A stretch of DNA of 64,000 nucleotides from Raillietiella orientalis (lineage: Eukaryota), in the NCBI GenBank assembly GCA_036172245.1, contig JAYWIR010000001.1, forward strand, positions 5,332,001 to 5,396,000, given 5' to 3'. Below, one piece after another: positions 24,901 to 35,439 of this stretch (position 1 is its first letter; the number at the start of each line of letters is the position of its first letter). Below the pieces are notes generated by a model. It made no database searches. It was not told the origin of the DNA and worked only from the letters and a program-made list of their open reading frames with translations. The translations under genes and the position numbers were made by a program.

Positions 24901-27099
24901 CCCTCGCGGAAACGGTCCTCCCAGGCGCGCGTAAACGACGGCAACCAAAACGACGCTCCCGTAGGCCCGTGGCTGCTGAGAGCCTCCTTGCGGAGACGAA
25001 GCGAGGATGGAGGCGCGCCTGCGGTGGATCGGAGATGACTACGCGCCCCTCGCCGTTCCGGTCGCGGCGGATTCGATCGAAGACCGCCGCCGCTTCCTGG
25101 CGCTCCCTTCTCCCGAGGAGGGGAGAAAAGGAGGGGACCAGCCGCCCTCCGCGCCTCCTCTCTGGAAGCAGGGAAGCGAAGCGGGAGAAAGGAACGCGCC
25201 CGCGTCTCCCCTCCGGGTAATCCCCGAATTCCCCTCGGATCCTGCAATGGGAAGAGGCGGGGAGGGAGGACCAGACCACAGACTTTGTGAAGAGGGGCGG
25301 CGACCTGGGCGCTTCACGCTTGCTCGGCTGCCCCTCCAGACTTTCCGGGACGCCAGCATCCTTTCGGAAGGAGCGGCTCCATCGAAATGGAACGCGCAGA
25401 GAGGCGAGCGCAGGGAGCGAGTAGGAAGGTCGCCCGTGCCTACGGAGAATGCAGCTGGGGGGCCGAAGGGAAGGACAGGCGGGGAGCAGGGAAAAGGAAA
25501 CACGGAAAGAAGAGGAAATCTGAAGGCGTAGATGGGAGGAGGAACGCATGGCGACGGTGACGGTGTCGGAGGTGCTCCTGGTAATAGCGACCCTGCTACT
25601 GCCGATGGTGATTGCGGTCTCGAGGGAGGAAGAGGGAGCATGGAAAGTACGAGGGTGAATAGGAGGAGGAGGAAGGCAGGAGAATGAAGAGAAGAAGAAG
25701 GAGGTGAAGGGAAAGAGTAAGAAGAGAAGGAAGAAATCCCAGAGTGCTCACGGGAAGCCCGTCAAGAGCGAGGGCATCCAACAAGGTGCGCCTACGAAGG
25801 GGAAGGCGAACGGAAGCAAAAGGCGGTAGCTGGAGCGTGGGAAAGTCGTGAGGTCTGCTCTCGTGACGGGGAAAGCGAGGGCAGGAGGAGGAGGGAATGT
25901 TCCGTGGGATCACCGGAAGTTTCGTGGGCACCCGTCCAGCCTGCAATCCCACGGGAAGACCAAGCAGCTGCGTCTTCAGCAAGGCGAGTCGCGCGCGAGG
26001 CCGATTCTCCTCTTCGCCGGCGCCGGCTGTGGCACGCGCGCCCCCTGCTCCTTGGTGTGGACCCCACCGTGCGGGAGGAGGCACCCACGAGGTACCCGAA
26101 GGAGATCGAGGAGGAGGGAGGCCGTGGGGGACGGCAGCTTCCCGAAGAGCGCTCGCGTAGGTCGGGCCGTAGCAGCCCTCCGGAGAAGAGACTTGCGCGT
26201 TTCGGACGCGCCGACCGAGGGAGGCGCAGCCGCATCCACCACGGCGAAGCCCTCGGAGACTCCGTACGAGGGGTCGAGTAGACCGCGGAGGACACCGGCT
26301 GAACACGGTTCTCCCCTCCCCCTCCCCTTCCCGAAAAAGGAGACAGCGGCACCCGTCGCTCCGCTCGCTCGCGTTCCGACGTGCGCGTGCGCGCGCATCT
26401 CGAGCTCGCGTCCGCCGCTTCTCCGTTGCTGTGCGGCATCCCCGGAGCGCGAGTTTACGAGGGCCGCGGGAGCGCTCCCCCTTTCCCCCCTCCCCTCCCC
26501 CGCTCCTTCCCGGCGCCTTCCCCAGCGCGCGCCTGACGGAGACGCATCTGCTTCCCAAACGATGCAAACGACGAAGCAGCGCTGACGTCACGGAGGCAGA
26601 CGCGGTTTCGTGCACGGCGCTTTGAGATTTGGCACGGATGCAGAATTTGGGTCTCTTCCACGCTCGAAGTCGTGCGCCCTCCCTCTTCCATCCTCTCCTC
26701 TTCCTGTTCCTCTTCCACCCCCGCTTCCCCTTTCACGAAGCCGGGAGCAGGGCATCCCTGGAAGAGGAAGAGAGTTTTCTCCCTTGCCTCCGCTTGACGA
26801 GCGTCCCCCACTCCGGAGATGCCTCTCCAGCGGGTCCAGCTGCTAATAGGGAGCTTCGAGCTCTTCCGGGAGGCGGAAGAGCCGACGAGCCGGGGAAATC
26901 CCCAGCCGGTCGCCCGCGGATCGTCGATCGCCTCGGCCGCGGTCCTAGATGGAGGGTATGGGACGCATGAGGAGGAGAAGGAAAGCTCAGGCGAGGGAGT
27001 GGTCTCTCCATCGGGATACTGTGTGTCTCTGTAGATGCCCCGAACACCTCCGTGGGTCGAGAATGGAGCTGAATTTCCCGCAAACGCGGCGGCGCTGCT

Positions 27100-27540
27100 C
27101 CTATTCCTCTCCTTCATCTTTTTTTCCCTCCATTCTTGATTGCCTTCCCTTCCTTAATTACGGTTGCATTTTTATCTTCATCCTACCCTATCTCTTTCCT
27201 TCCTGCACCTCTTTCTTTGCATCCTTCCTCCTCCCTTTCTCCTCTTCTTCTTCCTCTCCTCATTTCTCCTCTTGTTTCTCTTCCTCCTCTCTTCTTCGTC
27301 CTCTACCCTTCCTTCTCCTGCTCCGCCCTTTCTCCTCTTCTTCCTCTCTCCCTCCTCCTCCCCCTCCTCCCTGTCTCTTCTTCTCCTTCCTCCTTTTGTT
27401 TTTTTTTCTCTTGTTTCTCTTACTCTTCTTTTACCTCCTCCCCCTCCATTGCTCCTCTTCCCCCTTCTCTTTTTTTCCTTCTTTCTTCGTCATCTTCCTC
27501 CTCCTCTTCTTTCGTTTCGTCTTTTCCTCTTGTTTCTCGG
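27100..27540. repeat. Polypyrimidine (CT/CTT/CCT) low-complexity tract
   Basis: About 440 bp made almost entirely of C and T on the plus strand. Confidence 0.9.
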
Positions 27541-27749
27541 GAAGAGCTGTCGTGCCAAACCACCTCAAAGAAGACAACAGGAGGGCACGGCATCTGTGAC
27601 AGTCGACTGAGTCCCTGCGGCGATCGTGGAAATCGCTCGCAGGCGACGTCGTCCGCGCCGCCTCCGGCGCCCGCGGAGCGCCCACGAGGATCGCGTCTCC
27701 CGAGGCAGAGGAAGTCGTCGGCAGTCACCTGGACCGTGTCGAGAGGAAG

Positions 27750-28640
27750 AGCAGGGTTCTCTGCGGCTTGCGGTGGGCGGACGCGGGCGCCGTCCCCTCC
27801 CTTCACTTCCCCGGGATCATCCCGACTTCCGGGACGCGCTCGTCCATCGCAGATGCGGAGGTTGGCGATGCTGAGTGGAGAGGAACGCTCTCTCTCTTTC
27901 CTGGCCCCGGAACCGTCCTACAGCCTGTCCCACACGTCGCTGCCTCTGAACCAGAAGGCGAGAGGAAGGGCAGTGCCCTCGTGCCAGGGGGGAAGGAGGA
28001 GGACAGGTGCTCATTGGTTGAGCCGAGGCTTCTTGTGGGGTCGGACTCTCCATCCCTGTCCCCGCCAGGATGATCCCTCCACGGCCGCCATCCGCGCAGT
28101 GCTCGCGAAGCGCCTCCGCCGGAGCTCCAGCAGCATTCCAGGGCAAAAAGGTCTGGCGGTGACCCCTCTCCAGGTGGCCTCCTTATGCCAAGGAGGACGG
28201 ACAGACCTGGTAGAAGCAGAGAGGTAGCGACGGAAGGAAGCTCAAGGTCCCAACACTGTCCGGGTCGAACCTTGGGGGAAAGACTTGGCAGGCGGGAGGA
28301 GAGATGAGTCTTCGAGGGTTAGTGCCATGCTCCTCCGAGCCCCTGGATGGTCCGGTACCTCCGAAGGGTCGTCCGCGGACCTCAGGAGGGCACATCCGAC
28401 TTCCCCAGGCTCAGGGAGGAGTCCACTGCTTTCTCCTCTCCCTCCAGAGCGTCTACTGGGCAGGAGGGGACACTTTGAAGGTGGATGAAGCCCCAGCGAT
28501 CTACGAGCCCACCCAAGCATGTCTTTTGCGGAAAGGGAAGCGTGAGATGCCGCGTGCTCTGGGACTGGAGGGTGGAAGGGGGCGTGCGCGGTTTTCCCTG
28601 TCGTTCAGGACGGAGCGAGGGTCGTCGTGACCACGCCGTT
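27750..28640 (-). mobile_element. Possible decayed LINE post-RT region
   Basis: CLGGLVDRWGFIHLQ at ~28520-28475 resembles the GGLG region; GCRTVPG..RESVPLH at ~27925-27870 resembles an eroded Zn finger. Weak. Confidence 0.3.
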
Positions 28641-28658
28641 CTCTGGAAAGCGCGGCGA

Positions 28659-29175
28659 TGCCACCCGGGTACTCCGGGACGTTTATTAAAAAAACGTTTC
28701 ACTCGTCATTACAGTATGTGGTACAAAGCCCCACTAACGGCCACTTAATGCCGGACCTGCCGGGACACCGGGACGCAGCCCGGTGTGACTCTCCTCGGCA
28801 GTGGAAGGGGATGGGTGGAAAAACAAAAAGAAAAGTAAACCAGAAAACAAAGAAAAAAAAAAAAAAAAGAGTTTTTGGAGGGAAGGGAAGGGATCACGGT
28901 CCACTTTGAGGAGGGTCCATCCTTATCAGAATACCCTCGAGGTCCATCTTCAATCTTCCCAGCTGGGGCCATCCAATAGCTCTCCGCAGGAAGCGAACAG
29001 CATATGGGATGACAGCCATCGCGTTTGAATCCACTCCCTCCTCGCTGGTATCGCTCCAGGCCGCCACGATGCCTCGAATACAGCAGAGTGCTGCCACAGC
29101 TGCAGCTGGCTGAAGGGCGTCCCGAACGAAGAGAAGACGGAGAACGTCGCTGGGTTGGCTGCCCACAGGGAGACC
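28659..29175 (-). mobile_element. Well-preserved 3' end of an L1/Tx1-like LINE (ORF2 C-terminus, 3'UTR, AATAAA)
   Basis: Open frame GLPV...DALQPAAAVAALCCIRGIVA...IPYAVRFL..GWPQLG...MDLEGIL.RMDPP, clearly homologous to 37435-37715. Shared 3'UTR. AATAAA on the minus strand at 28682-28687. Confidence 0.85.
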
Positions 29176-29179
29176 GGAG

Positions 29180-31750
29180 GAAAGCGCGGCGGGGCGAGAA
29201 GAATGAGGGGAACGTTCTCCCTGTTCCCGGGCTCCCGGCATGATGGAGGCAGTGGGACAAGAACACGCCGTCCGGGACTGTGCTGCTTAACTCCTCTCTG
29301 TCCATCTTGAGAGTCCCGACCCCCTCCGCTACCCGTTCGGTGGTCTTCGACTCTCATTGGTCTCCCGAAACTCCTCTAGGGGAGCTCAGGGAGTCCAGAG
29401 TGCGAAGATGCTACGGGCAGCGCCCCGTTTCTTTCATCCTCCTCCTCCTCTCCCGAGAGGAAAATCCACCCACGACCTCGGGAGGCGGATCCCCGACCTT
29501 CCTGGTGGAGCTCTTTGTTCCTTCTCAGACAAGAGGACGCGCAACAGTCCCGGAAGCATCGGAAGCAGGTGGCAGCCACTGCAGCCAGGATCGGGGGGGG
29601 CGCTCCTCCGGGAGAGAACCCGCGCCAGAATCGCGCGACTCCCCCCCCTTTTCGTCGTCCTGAGCTACGCATAGAATCCTGAAAGGATGGAGGGTTGGGA
29701 GAGGAGGGGGACAAGTGGGTGGGGGAGCGCCGGCAGCTTCGGTGGCGCTTAGCGCGTCCCTCTCCGCGGACTGGATCCTCGGAAGGACTGCAAGAGCATC
29801 CCGGGGAGACGTAGCTCGTAATCCCGGAGTAATCCGATCTGACAACGCCGCTCTCCCGAAGGAAGAGCGATCGCTGCAGGGAAGAGACGCGTGTGGCAGT
29901 TCATCAGGCCGTTAATCGGGCGCCTCTTCCGGGATGTCTTCGCGCCGAAGAGGGAGCTTACCGACCCAAGGGGCCGCGAGGAACCGAGAGAGACACGCCG
30001 ACGGTACTCTTCTCCCCTCCTTCCGTCCCTCCTTCCTCCCCGCCATCTCTCCTCCTCGGCCCGTGTCGCTCGCACCGCCGCGAGGGAGTGGTGCGGCTGA
30101 GAGGAGTCCTGAGAACTTCGCGACCGAAGGGAATGCGGACCTGCCCCGCAGGCAGTCGGATGGCTCTTCCGGCTGGGGAGGGACCCGCGGCGGGCGGACA
30201 TCTTCTCCCCTCCCCCCCGTCCCTCCTGCTCCTGGGGCACCTCGCTGAGCTCGCCGCCGCGGATCGGGTTGAGCCAGCCTTCGGGCAGCGGACGCACACC
30301 GTCAACCAGGAAGGTGAGAAGGAATCCGGGGAAGGAATCGGCAGGAGCGAAGAGTCTCCCGTCAGGTATCGAGAGGCCCTGCCGCTCCGCTTGACTCTCC
30401 AGCGAGAGGCTCCTCAGAGGCAGCAGAGGACGTGCCAAAGAGGCTGCAGCGACGTTGGGTTGTGAACCCTCCTCTTCGATTTCTTGGAGGATCCAAGCTC
30501 CCGCACCAGCCTTGCCTTCTAGGAGCGCGCCTGCAGGAAAAGTGCTGGAGGAATGTCCCCGGAGCGAACTGACCAAGGAGCTCCCCACCGGACACCGAGA
30601 GGACTCCCCATCCTTTCGCTCCCGGATCCTTCCTGTTCCCTTCTTCACCCAAGGACCTTCGCTTCGGATCTTCCTTTCGTCGGCACTAGCGGAACCTCCC
30701 TCAGACCCGTAGGAAGATGACCTCTTCCCGAAGGACTCCGTGGCGCTCGGGTGGGGTTTTCGGAGGCGCCCATCCCCCCCATTCCACTGAAACCGTGGGA
30801 CATTTTTCTCAGGGCTCGTTTTCGATCCCCCCAGGAAGGGAGGGGCCAGCCCGACATTTGACTTGCGAGCAGGCAAGCAGAGGCAGAGGCGTGCGACAGG
30901 CCCGGAGGTCATTTTCCGGTCGGCAGGCAGACAACAAGGGTCGACAGCCCGCAGAGTAGGGAGGGTTCCCAGCGAGCGGAATTCAGCAGGGGGCAGCGGA
31001 GTTGCATGGATCGAGTGAAATGGGAGGGAGGGGCATCTGGAGATTCGGCCTCTGCGCAGATCTGCGCTGAAGGCTGGAGAGGGGAGCACGGCGCGGACGG
31101 GACGGAATGGTTGGGCAGCCGATCGGAAACAAGAAAAGAGGAGCTGAGAGGCGCATCGGCGGATCTGCAGCATAGTGCATGGAGGCGCAGAATAGTCTCT
31201 TCTTCCAGACAGAAGTGACAGGGCTTCCTGCAAACCTTCGACGTTCCCGGACGAGAATTTCAAGCGCAAAGACCTTTACCCTAAAGAGGCTCGAAGACCG
31301 CAAGGTCCAAGGATGAGCGGACCAGTTCGTTTCGTGGTGCCGCATTCTGTACATCGCACTATGGAGAGCCGGACTCCGGAACGGTTCCCGCATGGGGGCA
31401 TGTGTGCAAATGCGGAACAAGGAGAGAACCACTTCGTCTGAAGCTTGGATGCCGGGAGAAGAAGTAGGAACAAAGGAGCATCCTGGAGGCGGCCCCTGCG
31501 CTTCGAAGAGGCCGAAGACGGCGAAGCACTCTCTGGACGTTAAGCACGGGACGTGGCGCAAGGGCGGCGGCACCCGGGTCCTAGGGATTCCAGCCCAAAA
31601 GTTCCCGACGAAGCGGAGGAGCAGCGCCTGGGCCTGCGCCTCTAGTGGACGGTCGCAGGCACTCGCGAGGCGTGCCGAAATGGGTCGCGCCTTCCAGAGC
31701 GAGCGAGCTACCCTGCCGCAGGTCTGTGCCAAGGGGGGCAAGCAGCCGAA
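29180..31750 (-). mobile_element. Decayed, internally deleted L1/Tx1-like LINE
   Basis: LKFSSGNVEGL at ~31263-31230 (endonuclease start, cf. LKI.SWNV.GL); RPINGLMNCHTRLF at ~29925-29880 (cf. RPISLLNCDYKLF); PSCREPGNRENVPLILL at ~29250-29195 (Zn finger remnant); possible ORF1 Zn knuckle (GTPREC) at ~31670. Confidence 0.6.
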
Positions 31751-33249
31751 TGATCCCCCGCCCCGGTGCAAACGACGCCAAGGACCTCGTCGCGGCAGGG
31801 CGGTCATTCCAGAGAGAGCGACTGGTTCTCGAGAGTGCTCTGGCGGTAAACGGCGGTGCCGACTCCGCGCTATTTAATGGCGCAAATGGAAGGAAATTGA
31901 ATAATCCGGTGGAAAATCAGACCAGCGTGCAGCGCCACTTGGTGCGGTGGCCGGTCTCCTACTCCCGAACGGCATGGAAAGGGAGAGGAAGGAGGAAGGG
32001 AAGAAAGCGCTCTTTAAAAAAAAAAAAAATCGGAAACTACGACGTGCGTCATATCGGCGGTCAAGAAGGGGAAAAGAACAAAAAAAAAGAAATGTACCTA
32101 GAAGGGAAGAGGAGTCTGTGTGTGCATGAGTGTGTGTGTGTGAGAGAGAGAAGGAGAGATGTGGCCATGTTTGTAAATCGTCCAGAGAAGGAAACTACTT
32201 GACAGATATTTCCTTTCCATCAAATTAGGTAGCAGGACACCGGGAGATAAACATGTGATTGGTACTCCATAATTAACGAATGGGAGCTGCCGTGCGATCG
32301 CTGAGAATTTGAAGAATTAAATTTAAGGACGCCGGACTCCGAGGGCCGAGGAAGACCGACGAGAGACCGCCGTCATGGAAACGCGTCGGCGGCGAGGAGA
32401 CGGACTTGCCAGTCCTCGTGTTCTGGGCAGTAGCAGCAGCAGCCTGTGCCCCGCGAAAGAGAGCAGAGGAATTCACTTTACGACGCGGGAGGAGGAGGCT
32501 GCTGTTTGAGCCGGCTGAGAGACGAGGGACGCAACGGAATCCTTCTGAAAAGAATCGCTTCCAAGATAAATCGTCCTCCACTTCTTGGAAGTGATGCTTT
32601 ATTTATCCCCTTATTTGATTTGATTTGATTTTTTTTCCATTCTATTCTGTACTTCCAATGCAAGCGAGTCGCAGCTTTTCTTTCTTATCGTCGTAGAATC
32701 TTGTAGACGGAAAGCTCCAGCTCTTCGTTTCCACTGTGCGTGGATTTCTTTTTTGTGTGTGCTGCTGTCCACGTTTGGTCCCGCAAAAAAAAAAAAAACT
32801 GCATCAGGTTTCCCGAAAGGGGGAGGAAATCTTTTACAGCGGTCTCACGGGCATGAATGATCATACGAGGAACAACGTGCAGCAGGAGATGGAAACATGT
32901 TGAATATTCGATTCCGTTCGATTGAGGACCCGATGATGGTTACGCCGATTCCGCAAGGTGGAAAACTCCTAGCGTAGCAGGCATCCAATTAGTCACGTAG
33001 CAATTATCCGTAATTTTTCATGATCATAATTGCGCATTTTACTGTTAGTCTGAAAAACGAGTTAAATATAAATTGTGGCATGAGGCGGCGCGCGAACCTC
33101 TCTAAAAGAACACAAATTAAAAAGCGACCGAATTTTTTTTTTTTCTTTTTTTTCTTCCTTTCCTTTCTTTCTTTCTCACTCGCTTTGGAAATTCCATCCG
33201 ACCGATGTTTAGTTTCGCGCGTTTTACTCGTCCGGGCTCTGCAGAGAAA

Positions 33250-33500
33250 CTTCCCCGATCCGAAAGGCGGACGCTTGGGCCTAACGACCGGCATTATTAC
33301 TGATATTGTTGTTGACGTCGATTGTTTGGGGGCGATGCCGATTGTTGAAAGGATGCTCCATTATTGCTGACTCTTGCCGGGCACTGCGTTTAATCGTTTC
33401 CTGTCGGGTGAACTTGTACACAGGCGCCACGCTTACAACTCCCGTGGAGGCTTCTGCACTTTGGAAGCTTGAAATTAAAATTTTATACCTCTTGGAAGCT
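33250..33500 (+). mobile_element. Possible Merlin/IS1016(ISXO2)-like transposase remnant
   Basis: GCSIIADSCRA...VNLYTGATLTTPVEASALWKLEIK resembles GS.I.SD.W.AY...V.P.TGA.T..IE..W...K. No TIRs found. Confidence 0.3.
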
Positions 33501-34280
33501 TAGCACATTTATGTCTTTTTTATTCTCTTCGTGTGACGGGGGCTCTGCTTGTCCTTAGGTTTCCTCCCTCTCCCTCTTGTCTTCGCGCTCCTCCTCCCAT
33601 CTTGAGACTTTGTTTCACCTTGTGACACGGCTGTGATGATTGCTCTACGGGATTTCTCCTAACTTCTGTATCCTGTCGCGCAATTAAAGTAATCAAATCA
33701 AGCCGATGCTTTCCCACCAAATACTTGGGGCACCTACCACAATTAAAAGAACGCGGGCGAACTGCGGTTATTAACGATAGGGAGCCAGCAGGTCCTGATG
33801 AAACACACGAGCCTCCATGCAGCTTATTATTACTGGAGATTATGCAGGAATACATCCGAAATTTTACTCAGCAGCTACTCCTAAACATTTCAGAGCGTGC
33901 AACTTTTCCAAAATTACTGTTTTGGAATCTGATTTACACGTAAATGCGTGAGAAATTACAGGATAGGGCGTCGCTTGAGGGCTGGACTTGCTGCGGTGAA
34001 TTTATCAGCTGATATCTCCGGAATATTTCGGAATCCTCTCTGTGTTCCAGCATCTGGGAAAAACCTGAAAGTGGATCGCCTGAGGGGGAAGGGAGAGAGA
34101 GAAATAGATTCCAAGGATTCGTCCGCCAGCATCCGAATGCGCTTCAGGTCGAACAGGAATGACGACGAAGAACCGATACCGCGGCGACCTCTCGCGCCGC
34201 GATTGGTAACAGCACGCTTCAGGTTCGGCGAGCACGTTTTCCCGGAAGGAGCGTGGATTCCTTCCCATACCCGCGCCCGT

Positions 34281-34575
34281 TCAATCAACAGTGTGCCCCC
34301 ACCAGGAGAGTGTGGGTGTGGGATTCGAACCCGCAACGCTTAGTGCTACGCGCGGAGGCTGCATCTACGCAACTGTTTTCTTCTTCTTCTTCGTCGCCTC
34401 CTTTTTCTTCTTATTCGTCTTTTTCTTTTTCTTCTTCTTCTTCAATCAGCGGAACGCCTTCACCAGGAGAGCGTGGGTGTGGGATTCGGACCCACAACGT
34501 TTAGTGCCACGCGCGGGGACCATAGCCACGCGTCCGTTTTCTACTTCTTCGTCGCCTCCTTTTTCTTCTTCAGTC
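34281..34575 (-). mobile_element. Two tandem tRNA-derived SINE-like units (~161-bp period)
   Basis: Minus-strand B-box GGTTCGAATCCC at ~34320-34331 and a variant GGTCCGAATCCC at ~34481-34492. Both units share caccaggagag.gtgggtgtgggattcg.accc.caacg.ttagtgc.acgcgcgg and a ttcttcgtcgcctcctttttcttctt tract. Units start at tcaatca (34281, 34442). Confidence 0.65.
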
Positions 34576-35371
34576 AACGGAGCACCGCCAGCAGACGAGT
34601 GAATGCAAGAGACCCTCCCCCATTCCCCATTTTAAAAAGCATCTGTAATCGTAATCAGTGACCTCGAAGTTGCTTCTTCTCACAAGTTCCTGTGGCGAAG
34701 GGGCCGCGGAGTCCTCCCTGACGGAGAGGCGGAAGGACTCGCTTGCCCGCATCCTTTGCTATTAATTTCTATTTAGCGCCGTCGCATCGACAGGTTGGTG
34801 CCCGCGCCGGCTGCGACCGAACAAGAGCAGCCCTCCTCGACCCAGGCAATGAATAAGAAAGCAGAGGGACCGTGGAAGACTCAAGGATCGAGGCACTTCG
34901 GACGGAGAACATGCAAACTAGAAGGTTGAGGAGACCGCGTCCTTGTGGTGTCCTTCCGGATATCCTGTTCGCGCTCACATGGGAAGACAGAGAGCGTCCG
35001 ATCGCTGAGTGCTTAAGAATCGTTTGTCTCCTCGGGGGAAGGAAGAGGATGGGGGTGGGGAAGATGGGGGTTTCACAAAGCTCTTTGACACTGTCCACGC
35101 CACTTGAGGGTGCGTGGAACTCTTTAAGTTAGGATGGGGGGGGGGGACTTGGGAGGGACCACCCTATGAACCCAGGAAGGTTCCGAAGGCAGGAGTGCGT
35201 TCCTCTCCCACTCTTGGGAGGGAACCCTCCACCCTGGTTGTCTTCAGAAGGACCACTTGGAGGGAGCCACTCTTCTCCAAGGAGAACCCAGGAAGGATCC
35301 TCCCAGGTGCTTCTTGTTTCCTCATCTGAAAAGAATTCATGACTCACCCCGCGTTTCTCTGAGTCGATCAT

Positions 35372-35430
35372 TCCCTGGGGAAGATTCGAACCCGCAACGC
35401 CTGGCTCCACGCACGGCCACCAACGCGAGC
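35372..35430 (-). mobile_element. Third, dispersed fragment of the same tRNA-derived SINE-like head
   Basis: gattcgaacccgcaacgc is identical to 34322-34339, and the flank is related (..ccacgcacgg). Confidence 0.55.
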
Positions 35431-35439
35431 ACCTGATCG

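Noticed and set aside
26949-28227. Ser/Phe/Leu-rich ORFs as membrane proteins
   Set aside because: They are translations of a polypyrimidine microsatellite.
29749-31269. 506-aa ORF as a functional protein
   Set aside because: It starts and ends with LINE motifs, but catalytic residues are lost and the middle appears out of frame. Treated as a TE fossil.
34300-34380. Functional tRNA gene
   Set aside because: B-box present, but no acceptor stem or cloverleaf and only a degenerate A-box. Called SINE-like instead.
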